Assembly (NCBI GenBank): GCA_951406725.2 | Contig: OX597824.1 | Span: 8,060,001 to 8,124,000 of the forward strand | Reading direction: 5' to 3' | DNA from: Octopus vulgaris | Lineage: Eukaryota | DNA: 64,000 nucleotides | Part shown: positions 38,501-48,620 of the stretch, one piece after another | Position numbering within the stretch: position 1 is the stretch's first letter | How the letters are laid out: each line of letters begins with the position of its first letter | Position numbers and translations under genes: made by a program | Notes under the pieces: model-generated | Told to the model about the DNA's origin: nothing | Databases searched by the model: none | Seen by the model: the letters and a program-made list of their open reading frames with translations, nothing else

Positions 38501-41391
38501 CAGTGATCTGACCGATGGCCTGGTCCTGCTGCAGCTCTTCGACATCGTCAATAGTGGAATAGTCAACTGGAGTAACGTGATCAGAACCTTCAACAAAATG
38601 AAAGGAAATTTTGAGAAGCTCTGTAAGTATTTCCTGACAACACAGGACCGACCGGGGGGGAGACTCTTTACTCTGGCTGATGCCAAGGCTAAACTCTGTA
38701 GTGATGGTTATAGAGTGATTGGTGTTAGGAAGGGCATAACAAGGCTTTGATCAGCCCGAGGCTATAGTAGCAGACACTTGCCCAAGGTGCCATGCAGTGG
38801 GACTGAACCCGGAACCATGTGGTTTGTAAGCAAGCTACTTACCACACAGCCACTCCTGCTCCTATATATATATATATATATACACACACATACATACAAT
38901 CATGAACGCCATACTTCCCTGGGCATGGACACATTGAAACTCCGACGTCTGGCAGCTGACTTGGCAGACACCCATAAAATTATTAACCATCTTACAAACA
39001 ATAACTCTGAGCACCTTTTCAAACTCCACCCATCTAACACCCGTGGACATATTTACAAAGTCAGAAAACAGCACAGCTCCCATGACTTTCGGAAACATTT
39101 TTTCACGCTGAGAGTGTTGCTGAAGCATGGAACAAACTGCCGGCATCAGTTGTTAGTTGTCAGAGCACTGCATCCTTCAAAACTTCCATGCTTTCTGAGA
39201 TTCGCCAACGCTACACCTGATTTTCTCCCCTCCATACACATGCAAGCATTTTATCTGACTCATACACTGTTCACTCCCAGACATTTGTACATACATACAC
39301 AGACACAAAGTGCTTTATACGCACTTTTGACAAGTTGTGGTACACCTGAGCACTGTATACAATAATTTCATTATTAATATATGAACACACAAACATGGAT
39401 GTGCAGAATACATACATAGACACATGCATACATATATATGAATACACATACACACGAACAAACAAACATGCAGCTTTGTTAACGGATAGTCAATGACTAT
39501 TGAAGAGGTTGCCAGACGCAATGAAAATCAAAGTGGTCCATTAATAAGGCACTAAAAGAGAATGACCCTCCCCCGACACAATAAAAGACATATGCATATA
39601 TATCATCATCATCATCATTGTTTAACGTCTGCTTTCCATGCTGGCATGGGTTGTATGGTTTGACTGAGGGCTCACAAGCCAGAAGGCTGCAACAGGCTCC
39701 AATCTGATTTAGCAAAGTTTCTACAGCTGGATGCCCTTCCTAGCGCCAACCACTCTGAGTGTGTAGTGGGTGCTTTTATGTGCCACCAGCACAAGGGCCA
39801 GTCAGGTGGTACTGGCAATGAGCATGCTCAGAAGGTGTTTTTTATGTGCTACCTGCACGGGACCCAGTCCATCGGCACTGGCAACGACCACACTCGAGGG
39901 TCGTTTTTCACGTGCCACCAGCACATGTGCTGGTAAGGTGACGCTAGCAGTGATCACACTCAAAAGGTGTTTTTTACGTGCCACTGGTACAGGAGCGAAC
40001 CCATGGCCCTGGCAACGATCATGCTCAGATGTGCTTTTAACGTTCCACTGGCACAAGTGCCAATCAGGTGATACTCTCATCGGCCACGTCAACAATCATC
40101 ATCATCATCATCGTTTAGCGTCCGTTTTCCATGCTAGCATGGGTTGGACGGTTCTACTGGGGTCTGTGAAGCCAGGAGGCTGCACCAGGCTCCAGTCAAA
40201 TCTGGCAATGTTTCTACAGCTGGATGCCCTTCCTAACGCCAACCACTCCGTGAGTGTAGTGGGTGCTTTTTACGTGCCACCCGCACTGGTGCCAGACAGA
40301 GCTGGCAAACGGCCACGAACGGATGGTGCTTTTTATGTGCCACCGGCACGAGGGCCAGGCGAGGCTGGCAACGGACACGAAACGGGGCGGTGCTGGCATC
40401 GGTCGCGAAACGGAAAGTTCTCTTACATGCCACCGGCACTATATATGTATATATATACACGGACACACACAACAGGCTTCTTTCATTTTTCATCTACCAC
40501 ATCCACTCTCTGGGCTTTGATCAGACTGAGGCTGTAGCAGAAAGCACTTGTCCAAGGTAACATGCAGTCAGAACCATTTGGTTTAGAAGCACTCTTCTCA
40601 CCACACTGCCATGGTGATTTTTCTGGGGTGGGGGGGTGAGGGAGGTCATGTGTTTAACTGCAATTCAGAACTAATGTATCTAGTAACTAACTCAAGAAAC
40701 ATTAATTCTACCTCAGCAACTTCCTACTTTAAAACTACCAAATTATTATTATTTTTTTCTTATTGAAGTAGACTCAATTTGCAGTCATTGAAGAATGGTG
40801 TTGACATGTTTCTTGTTGTCTTTTACAGCAAACTGTAATTATGCTGTTGACCTTGGGAAAGAAATGAAATTTTCAACAGTTGGAATCTGTGGTTCTGATA
40901 TTGGCCAAAACAAAATACTGACACTTGGTAAGTATCAAAGAGTCAAATATAAACCTTTGTTGTTGTTCTTCTTCTTCATTTCCTTCTTCTTCTTCTTATT
41001 ATTATTATTATTATTAGAATTGTTTGCAGGCCAGGCTCTGCCAAGGTCGACTTTGTCTTTCATCCTTTCTGGGTCGATTAAATAAGTACCAGTTACACTT
41101 TGGGGTCAATGTGATCAACTTAATCGCTTCCCCCAAATTTGAGGACTTGTGCTTCCGGTAGAAAGAATTATTATTATTATTATTATTGGTAAAGCAGTGA
41201 GCTGGCAGAATCATTAGCAGTAATTCACCAGTTGCTACATTCTGAGTTCAAATTCCACCGAGGTTGACTTTACCTTTCATCCTTTCGGGGTCAATAAAAT
41301 AGGTACCAGCTGAATACCGGGGTTCAATGTAATCGACTCATCCTCTCCCTGCCAAAAACTGCTACCCTTGTAGCAAAATTTGAAACCATCT

Positions 41392-41429
<38 letters not shown>

Positions 41430-44400
41430 GGTATGGGAGTGAGCAAATTGGTAGAACTGTTAGCCCACCAAGCAAAATGCCTTGTGGTATTTCGTGTCTT
41501 TACGTTTTGAGTTCAAATTCCGCCAAGATCGACTTTGCTTTTCCTCCTTGACGAAATGAGTACCAGTCATGTACTGGGGTTGATATAATCAATTACCCCT
41601 TCCCAAAAATTTCGGGCCTTGTACCTTTAGTAGAAAGGATTATTACGGTGAGCTGGAAGAGTCGTTAGCTTGCTGAGCAAAATGCTCATCAGCATTTTGC
41701 CAGTCCTTACATTCTGGGTTCAAATTCTGCTGAGGTCATCTTTGCTTTTCATCCTTTCGGGGTTGAAGCAATAAGCACTAGTTGAGAATTGGGGGTCAAA
41801 ACTTGAAGCCATGTGCCTGTAGCAGAAAGGGTTATTATCATTAGTCTTCATTTTATATGAGATCTGTAAGAACTGAATTTAGGTAAATAATCACTAACCC
41901 CTTCATTACCAACCCAGCCAAGCGAACCCAGTGATATTTAAATGTGAATTTCAGTAGAAATCTTGTTAGCACATTCATGAAAACACGTGATTTCACTTAG
42001 TAAAGTCAAGTTACAGTATCTGGAATTGTCTGCTGTGATATCTGAGCCGTACGAATTTTGGGAGATTTTTTTTCCCACATTTTTTCTTCAGCGATTTTTT
42101 TTTTGTTTTTCAACTTTTAAAGCAGATAACGGTTTCATGCCATCAAGCTGTGATTCTGAATTTGAGGGCTTTTCAATGGAAGATATGGAGAAATCAAATA
42201 ATTCTAAACTTGTTTGAAGTGACCACTATGGAAACAAACCATTACACAGGAAGTAAAGAGAGAAAATGATAGCTTATGGTTTACCTGTATTTACCTGTAA
42301 TTAGTCACTTTGAGACAAAAGTTATGCAATAGAATTGATTAAGAACGTTTTCTTCAATTGTATTCCAAAAATCACATTAATGTCAATAAATTAGTTGTTT
42401 AATGAAACCCGTCTAAATTTGTGATTGTTTTAGAATTTAATTGAAACTCACAAGGATTTTAATTAGAAATATAGTAACGAAATGGTTAACTGTGAAATTA
42501 AATTTCATGGTTATTCCGGTAATGATGTTAAATATCAACTAAAAGCCTGAATTTGATATTTTCTGCAAGCAAAGTTTCAAACGTGACATTCCTCAACAAA
42601 AGATGTATTAGAAAATTACTCTTTGAAAGTCTCGAAACGAGAGATATTCAGCAACAGAACTTTGGAATAAAGATTTAGGATGAATACTGCTGTAATTTAG
42701 CCCCAGGAGACATGGTCTCCAGCTGGCTATACAACATGATCTATGTCCTTATATTTTCAAACAAGGGAATCTAGCACCCCCACTCAGCCCAAAACAATAT
42801 CTGTGTATTGCGATTTCCAGGTTATTTCCCTTCATCAGCACAGAGTACTTGTTTGGCTAGAGGTGGCTCTGCCAAATTCCCATTCGAAATATATAGTTTT
42901 CAAAGTGACAACTAGTCACTGATCTATAAATTAGAAAATTACTATTTTTAAACCTCACAACGTGAGATATTCAGCAACAGTACTTTGTTGTAAAGATTGT
43001 TTGCCAACATAACATGGCAGTCCTGGTTTAGGACGAATGTTGCTGTAATTTAGCCCCAGGAGACATGGTCTCCAGCTGGCTATATGACACGATCTGTGCC
43101 CTTATATTTTCAAATAAGGGAATCTAGCACTCCCACTCAGCTCAAAACAATATCTGTGTATTGTGATTTCCCTTCATCAGCACAGAATAATTGTTTGGCT
43201 AGGGGTGGCTCTGCCAAATTCCCATTCGAAATATATAGTTTCCAAAGTGATAACCAATCACTGATCTATAAATTAGAAAATTAGTATTTTTAAATCTCAC
43301 AATGAGATCAGTGACTAGTTGTCACTTTGGAAACTATATTTTGAACGGGAATTGAATACTGTTCTGTTTAATGTTGGTGTATTGAAGAAGCAAAAAAATT
43401 CCTTGATTCAATAATTACACCAATGCCATAATTTCCTCTAAAGCAATAGAAAGTTAATCATTTTCTAATTGATTGGCTCCCTCCCCAAAAATTTCGGGCC
43501 TTATGCTTAGAGTAGAAAAGAATATATTAAATTTTTATAAAGGCAATGAGCTGGCAGAATTATTAGCATACCGGGTGAAATGCGTAGCCATATTTCATCT
43601 GCCATTACGTTCTGAGTTCAAATTCCGCTGAGGTTGACTTTGTCTTTCATCCTTTCGGGATCGATTAAATAAGTACCAGTTATGCACTGGGGTCGATATA
43701 ATCGACTTAATCCGTCTGCCTGTCCTTGTTTGTCTCCTCTGTGTTTAGCTCCTTGTGGGTAGTAAAGAAATAGGTATTTTGTCTGTCTTTACGTTCTGAG
43801 TTCAAATTCCAGTGAGGTCGACTTTGCCTGTCATCCTTTCTGGGGCGATAAATTAAGTACCAGTTATGCACTGGTGTCAATGTAATCAACTTAATCCCTT
43901 TGTCTGTCCCCTGTATGTTTAGCCCCCTGTGGGCAATAAAGAAATAAGAATTGTCAGCATGCTGGACAAAACGCTAAGCAAACATTTTGTCTGTTTTTAT
44001 GTTCCGTGTTCTAATCCCGCCGAGGTTGACTTTGCCATTCAACCTTTCAGGGTCAATAGGATTGATCTAATTGAATGAGTCCCTCCCCACAAATTTGTAA
44101 CCAACATTATCAACCTTTCTGAGTAACCCCATATACAAATTTCTTTCCCTTTTCAGCTATTGTGTGGCAGTTGATGAGAGCCTACACGCTTTCCATCCTC
44201 CGTAAATTAACAAGTTCTTCTAATATGGGAGACAGAGATATTGGAGAAAAAGATATCATTCACTGGGCAAATACAAAAGTAAGTCAATCCATTCCCTTTT
44301 TTGGTTTTTCTTTTGGCAATTCCATTCTAAACTTTTTCTCTTTTAAATTCATTAATTTATTAATATTTTTTTTTTCTTTTTCAGCTTAAAGAGTCTGGCA

Positions 44401-47400
44401 AAACTTCTGTTGTTTCAAGTCTTAACGATTCAAATTTATCATCTAGTCGGGCTATTGTCGACCTGGTTGATGCCATTAAACCAAATTCTATCAATTATAG
44501 CTTTGTCAAAGACTGTGAAAATGAAGAGGTTAGTTTCTATTATTATTTATTATTATCATTTGTTGGCCGCTGCCACGTAAAAAGCACCCACTACACTCAT
44601 GGAGTGGTTGGCGTTAGGAAGGGCATCCAGCTGTAGAAACTCTGCCAGATCAGACTGGAGTCTGGTGCAGCCTCCTGGCTTCCCAGACCCTGGTCGAACC
44701 ATCCAACCCATGCTAGCATGGAAAACGGACGTTAAACAATGATGATGATTTGGATTAGAAAGAGCATCGAGTCGTCATCATCATTGTTCGAGACAATGGA
44801 ATTTACCATGCTACGCCAGACTTCACGGTCCATCATGGCATTACAGAGGTCCTGTTGCTGGATGCCTGTATCCCTGGAGATTACATCAGGGTAGGAGAGT
44901 GTGCGCCCTCTGGAATCGCGAGCAGACGGATTCCAGAGGAGAAGAGTAGAAATTACCTCGTTTTCAGCTCTACAACAATGTCCAGCAAACTGGACTCTCT
45001 TACCTTTCACAAGAGATGACACAGGTGGAAACCATGCCAAATCAGACTGGAGCTTGGTGTGGCCCCTAGCCTTGCTAGTTCCAGTTAGGCTGCCCAACCC
45101 ATCTCAGCATGGAAAAAAAACGGACATTAAATGATGATTATCATCATCATCATCAAAAGGGCAGAATCATTTAACATGATAGACAAGAAATGCTTAGCAG
45201 TATTTCGTCTGCCGTTACGTTCTGAGTTCAAATTCTGCCGAGGTCGACTTTGCCATTCGTCCTTTTGGGGTCGATTAAATAAGTACCAGTTACTCACTGG
45301 GGTCGATGTAATCAACTTAATACCTATGTCTGTCCTTATTCGTCCCTTCTGTGTTTAGCCCCTTGTGGGTGGTAAAGAAATAGGTATTTCGTCTGCCGTT
45401 ACATTGAGTCCAACTTTTTCCTTCTGGCCCTTTTGGTGGGGGCCAATAAAATAAGTCCCAGCTGAAAACTGGGTTTGATGTAACTGACTGGGTCCCGCCA
45501 CCAAAATTTCAGGCCTTGAGTCTACAGCAGAAAGTATTATTTTAATTGTTTCAGTCATTTGACTGTGGCCATGCTGGAGCACCACCATTAGTCGAGCAAA
45601 TTGACCCCAGGTCTTATTCTTTGTAAGCCTAGTATTTATTCTATCGGTCTCTTTTGCCGAACCACTAAGTTACGGGGACATAAACACACCAGCATCGGTT
45701 GTCAAGCAATGTTGGGGGGACAAACACACACACACATCTTTGGTCAGCCCAAAGCTGTAGTAGACACTTGCCCAGTGCCACAAGCAAGCTACTTACCACA
45801 CAGCCACTCAGTCTACATAACTGAAACAGCATTAAATCAAAACAGCCATCTTTACATTATTTTCTCTCGTTTCTTTCTGAAGAAGAGCGTAGGCTCGAAA
45901 CATAAGACTTTTTCAATTCCTGAGCGTTATACTAATACATGTTTGTTTTCTACACCACCTGTCTTCGTCTTTTTTTTGTGAACTCTCCCCATCTTTACAT
46001 ATATTTTTATACACTGTTGTTGAAAGGAGACCTGATGCTCTGTTTTTATCTGTTAGAAAATCTCTTAAAAACCCACAGTATTTGTATCAGAGTAAGTCTT
46101 GCTTTGATATATATATATTCAAAGCCTGACGAAACTGCAGTATGCATGAATCTCTTCAATAATCTCATAATAATGACTTATTACTACCTCAGGTCATCTA
46201 ATTGTATATATCTGTTGTTACCATTCATAAAAAGCCTTTTTTTATTTACAATGAGGATTTTCTTCGATTTTTTTTTTTCTTACTTTTCCATGTTTCTATT
46301 TTCTTTTTGTAACATATTTCTATTATATATATATATAGGTGCAGGAGTGGCTGTGTGGTAAGTAGCTTGCCTACCAACCACATGGTTCCGGGTTCAGTCC
46401 CACTGCATGGCATCTTGGGCAAGTGTCTTCTACTATAGCCCCGGGCCGACCAATGCCTTGTGAGTGGATTTGGTAGACGGAAACTGAAAGAAGCCTGTCG
46501 TATATGTGTGTATATGTTTGTGTGTTTGTCCCCCTAGCATTGCTTGACAACCTATGCTGGTGTGTTTACGTCCCCGTCACTTAGCAGTTCGGCAAAAGAG
46601 ATCGATAAAATAAGCATAGCCGTAGTCTAATGACTGAAACAAGTAAAAGATAAATAAAAAATATATACACACACATTAAGTATGATACTGAAGTAGCATA
46701 TTCATATCCAAGTCTGATGGAATAGATTAGTAATGTGTTGTAGTTTTGTGGTAAGAGGTTTCCTGCCCAACCACATGGTTCTGGGATCAATCTCACTCTG
46801 TGGCGTCTTGAGCAAGTGTGTTCCACAATAACCCTGAGCTAACCCGAAACCTTGAATAAATTTGATAGAAACTGAAAGAAGCCTGTTTGTTTGTGTGTAT
46901 GTGTGTCTCTTTGGGTTTGTCCCCTACCACTGCTTGACAACCAGTGTTGGTTTGTTTACATCCATTGTAACTCATTCTATCAGCTTCCTTTTGCTGAACT
47001 GCTAAAATACCAGGGCTGCAGTTCAATGGCTGGAACAAGTGAAGGATAGTCTTTTTTCTTTGTGTGTGTTCTTTTAACTCTTGATACCAACCCAGCTGAA
47101 ACCACCTCTGGCTCTGTAGTAGAAATGTCTTGTTTTCAAAAGTTTTGAATTAAAATCTTCCACCATAATTTAGCTAGTTTTAGGAACATAAATTGTGACT
47201 GAGTTATTTTACTAAATTCTTTGTTATATTTAAAATTCATTGAAAGAAACAGAGCCTCTCAAACAGAAATATGGTTACAAAAGGGTTTAAGAAGAATAAT
47301 AATCAGAAGACATAAGAGAAGGAAACCTTAATGTGGTCACTCTATATGCTAGAAATAACAGCCTAAATTTCCTTCAATCCACACCCTTCCAACTGCTTCT

Positions 47401-47911
47401 AATGTGCATGTGCCCAAATGTAGAGGTGTGTTTAACTCTTTTGATACCAACCTGGCTGAAACTCCCTCTGGCTCTGAGTACAAATGTCTTGCTTTCCAAA
47501 GTTCTGAATAAAAATCTTCCACCAAACCTTTGTCACAATTTATGTTCCTAACAAAGTTATTTTACTAAATTCTTTGCTATTTTTAAAATTAATAACACGG
47601 AGTATCTCAACAGAAATATGGTAACAAAAGGGTTAAAATATACAAGAGAGAAACAATTCTTAAATCTATTTCTCTTAATTGATTGCCACTAAAGGATTGC
47701 CCCCCACTAAACATGCTCTTATTATTTATCTTTGCAGGATCGTCTCGACAACGCCAAATACGCCATCTCAATGTCCCGCAAAATAGGAGCCCGTGTTTAT
47801 GCCTTACCCGAGGACATTGTGGAAGTGAAACCCAAAATGCTCCTAACGATATTCGCTTGCCTTATGGCACTGGATATCGAGCTGAATAGTAAACCAATCG
47901 AAGAAGAATAA
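18200..47911 (+). CDS. PLS: Plastin/fimbrin actin-bundling protein, spliced CDS missing its 5' end: join(18200..18355,23631..23800,28401..28496,30227..30434,30812..30997,34308..34382,37049..37259,38446..38622,40829..40927,44157..44278,44385..44528,47738..47911)
   Basis: All 12 exons have AG/GT boundaries and compatible phases; total 1818 nt = 605 aa plus TAA. Plastin motifs: [12 protein letters not shown] (EF-hand), [144 protein letters not shown]. Confidence 0.96.
18571..18900 (+). mobile_element. tRNA-derived SINE family D (second, truncated copy at ~13064..13285)
   Basis: tggctcagtggttagagc A-box and gagttcgaatcc B-box; body shared with 13064..13285. Confidence 0.85.
21907..22127 (+). mobile_element. 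TTAA-flanked piggyBac-like MITE nested in a second TTAA MITE family (~21892..22343); solo copy at ~50060..50280
   Basis: TIR ccctttcgttac/gtaacgaaaggg with TTAA on both sides. Confidence 0.85.
23631..23800 (+). CDS. PLS: Plastin exon ([12 protein letters not shown]...[11 protein letters not shown])
   Basis: ttccccag acceptor, gtaagt donor, 170 nt, phase 0/2. Confidence 0.95.
24295..24830 (-). mobile_element. LINE 3' end fragment (L1/Tx1-like ORF2 C-terminus and 3' UTR)
   Basis: ORF 24607..24915(-) AKECVWW...[29 protein letters not shown]; aataaa near 24300 on the minus strand. Clade is inferred. Confidence 0.55.
26131..26365. repeat. Near-perfect fold-back (arms ~110 bp)
   Basis: gccaccgtaaagtggccggcctgcttaggatgatgtcaccactgtttagccccaggaaaacat is mirrored exactly downstream. 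Confidence 0.92.
26950..27370 (+). mobile_element. RTE-clade LINE ORF C-terminal fragment
   Basis: ORF 27013..27501 contains [12 protein letters not shown]...RRGRLRKKW, typical of RTE ORF ends. Confidence 0.75.
28401..28496 (+). CDS. PLS: Plastin exon, CH1 ([31 protein letters not shown])
   Basis: ttttgcag acceptor, gtgagt donor, 96 nt, phase 2/2. Not in the ORF track; found by reading. Confidence 0.93.
29476..29694 (+). mobile_element. mariner-derived MITE; second copy inverted and interrupted at ~37516..38032
   Basis: TIR ggggttgctaaaaagttcctgg/ccaggaacttttcagcacccc; internal remnant [18 protein letters not shown] resembles the mariner transposase C-terminus. Confidence 0.75.
30227..30434 (+). 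CDS. PLS: Plastin exon, CH1 ([17 protein letters not shown]...LLWQVIR)
   Basis: tttcag acceptor, gtaagt donor, 208 nt, phase 2/0. Confidence 0.96.
30812..30997 (+). CDS. PLS: Plastin exon, CH1-CH2 ([15 protein letters not shown]...LAEDIK)
   Basis: poly-T plus tag acceptor, gtttgt donor, 186 nt, phase 0/0. Confidence 0.95.
31158..31716 (+). mobile_element. Unclassified ~560-bp retroposon-like repeat between (TAT)n tracts; second, truncated copy at 32087..32422
   Basis: Two near-identical copies beginning ttgagtgagagagca...catgccatcaaagtgacactgggg. Confidence 0.75.
31716..32646. repeat. Long (ATT/ATC)n microsatellite tracts (31716..31930, 32042..32088, 32423..32646)
   Basis: Direct reading; source of the poly-I/N/L/Y ORFs. 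Confidence 0.95.
34308..34382 (+). CDS. PLS: Plastin exon, CH2 ([25 protein letters not shown])
   Basis: tttccag acceptor, gtaggt donor, 75 nt, phase 0/0. Confidence 0.94.
34954..35410. repeat. Two adjacent fold-backs: perfect 46-bp arms (34954..34999 / 35034..35079) and an imperfect ~320-bp AT-rich palindrome (35091..35410)
   Basis: Reverse-complement matches read directly. Confidence 0.9.
35742..35958 (-). mobile_element. Helitron-like 3' end fragment
   Basis: Minus strand ends with hairpin acctg..caggt (35753..35770), then CTAG followed by T. Confidence 0.5.
36584..36634 (-). ncRNA. Second copy of the G3:C8 hammerhead-like motif
   Basis: Same layout as 56624..56674; stem II closes gtcgc/gtgat. 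Lies in repeat copy ~36443..36650. Confidence 0.55.
37049..37259 (+). CDS. PLS: Plastin exon, CH2 ([20 protein letters not shown]...ETREEK)
   Basis: ctttag acceptor, gtaggt donor, 211 nt, phase 0/1. Confidence 0.95.
38446..38622 (+). CDS. PLS: Plastin exon, CH3 ([14 protein letters not shown]...NFEKL)
   Basis: ttccag acceptor, gtaagt donor, 177 nt, phase 1/1. Confidence 0.95.
38900..39378 (+). mobile_element. CR1/L2-type LINE 3' fragment (decayed relative at ~59700..60095; tail piece at ~36275..36325 on -)
   Basis: [11 protein letters not shown]...TRGHIYKV...RKHFFTLRV then a frameshift; shared 3' end cacctgagcactgtatacaataatttcattatt. Confidence 0.78.
40829..40927 (+). CDS. PLS: Plastin exon, CH3 ([33 protein letters not shown])
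   Basis: ttttacag acceptor, gtaagt donor, 99 nt, phase 1/1. Confidence 0.94.
42638..43353. repeat. Two tandem ~350-nt units plus an inverted terminal fragment; same family as 14975..15328
   Basis: Units start gagatattcagcaacag at 42641 and 42964; 43305..43353 is the reverse complement of 43217..43267. Confidence 0.88.
42800..42844 (-). ncRNA. Type I hammerhead-like motif in a ~350-nt tandem repeat unit
   Basis: Minus strand reads tctgtg-CTGATGA-agg-gaaataa-cct-g-GAAA-tcgcaa-T-A-cacaga: perfect 6-bp stem I, one extra nucleotide at stem II. Confidence 0.55.
44157..44278 (+). CDS. PLS: Plastin exon, CH3-CH4 ([15 protein letters not shown]...WANTK)
   Basis: tttcag acceptor, gtaagt donor, 122 nt, phase 1/0. 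Confidence 0.95.
44385..44528 (+). CDS. PLS: Plastin exon, CH4 ([15 protein letters not shown]...DCENEE)
   Basis: ttttcag acceptor, gttagt donor, 144 nt, phase 0/0; follows a 106-nt intron. Confidence 0.93.
44772..45012 (-). mobile_element. RTE-like LINE C-terminal fragment
   Basis: [11 protein letters not shown]...LLLWNP...[10 protein letters not shown]...[12 protein letters not shown] followed by a (gat)n tail. Confidence 0.7.
45871..45908 (+). ncRNA. Decayed type I hammerhead-like motif (fourth family)
   Basis: ttcttt-CTGAAGA-a-gagc-gtag-gctc-GAAA-ca-T-A-aga; stem II perfect, stems I and III eroded. Confidence 0.42.
47078..47632 (-). mobile_element. Inverted copy of the composite MITE-spacer-MITE unit
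   Basis: Spacer 47287..47435 is the reverse complement of 9150..9301; flanked by the same two MITEs. Confidence 0.85.
47738..47911 (+). CDS. PLS: Plastin last coding exon ([26 protein letters not shown]...KPIEEE*)
   Basis: tttgcag acceptor; TAA at 47909-47911. Confidence 0.95.
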   Translation, partial: DRLDNAKYAISMSRKIGARVYALPEDIVEVKPKMLLTIFACLMALDIELNSKPIEEE

Positions 47912-48510
47912 ACAAAAAAAAAAAAAAAACCCTTCATGTTGCAATTATTATTATTACAATTTGTTTTTTTTTTCCCCTCCCCTCTCCATCAACCTAACAA
48001 AAATCCAAAAATCAAGACCCTTTGTTCTTGGCAATCGGGTGCCTTGTTTTGGATGGCATTCCCTGCAACATATATATAAACACACACATACATATATTAA
48101 AAAAAAAAAACCCAAAAACTTTCTTAAAGAAATGCTCATCAATAACTACAAACAAAAAAGAAAAACAATTAGTGCATCTGTTAAGTTTTCTAAACACTGT
48201 CCCCTTCCTCTATATACTATTAAAATCATTTCCAATGATAAATGCACATTTTTATTCAATTGTATAAAACTCTCCTACTTTCTTGTCTAGATGAAGGCTC
48301 TCTTTCTGTTCCGTTGTCATGCTTCTCTCAATTTGAGTCTCAACAACAAAGCTAAATTTTTATCACCCATCTTCTTTACGATATATTTATCTTTATCGCT
48401 AAGCTTCCCCATTCCACTTCTTTATTCACTGTACAATTATGTTATTAAATAAATTTAAATATCTTCAAAAACTTACTCGCGTTTGTTATATTTATTCCCC
48501 CCCACCCCTC

Positions 48511-48620
48511 TGGCAGGGGTGAAGGGCTACACCCCACCCTTTCTTTTTCCCTTGGCAGGGGTGAAGGGCTTCCCCTTTTCTCTCTTTTTTTCCTTGGCAG
48601 GGGTGGAGGGCTCCCCACCC
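48511..48620. repeat. Three imperfect copies of tggcaggggtgaagggct plus a pyrimidine tract in the inter-stop region
   Basis: Copies start near 48511, 48553 and 48595. Confidence 0.8.

Noticed and set aside
39770-40537. 255-aa ORF, the longest in the track
   Set aside because: Lies entirely in two family C retroposon copies; no protein motif.
46125-46155. ctgacgaa..tgca-gta-tgca motif
   Set aside because: No GAAA after the stem and no closing stems.
47907-47929. AATAAA overlapping the plastin stop followed by an A-run, suggesting a retrocopy
   Set aside because: The gene has 11 visible introns; the A-run is a genomic homopolymer.
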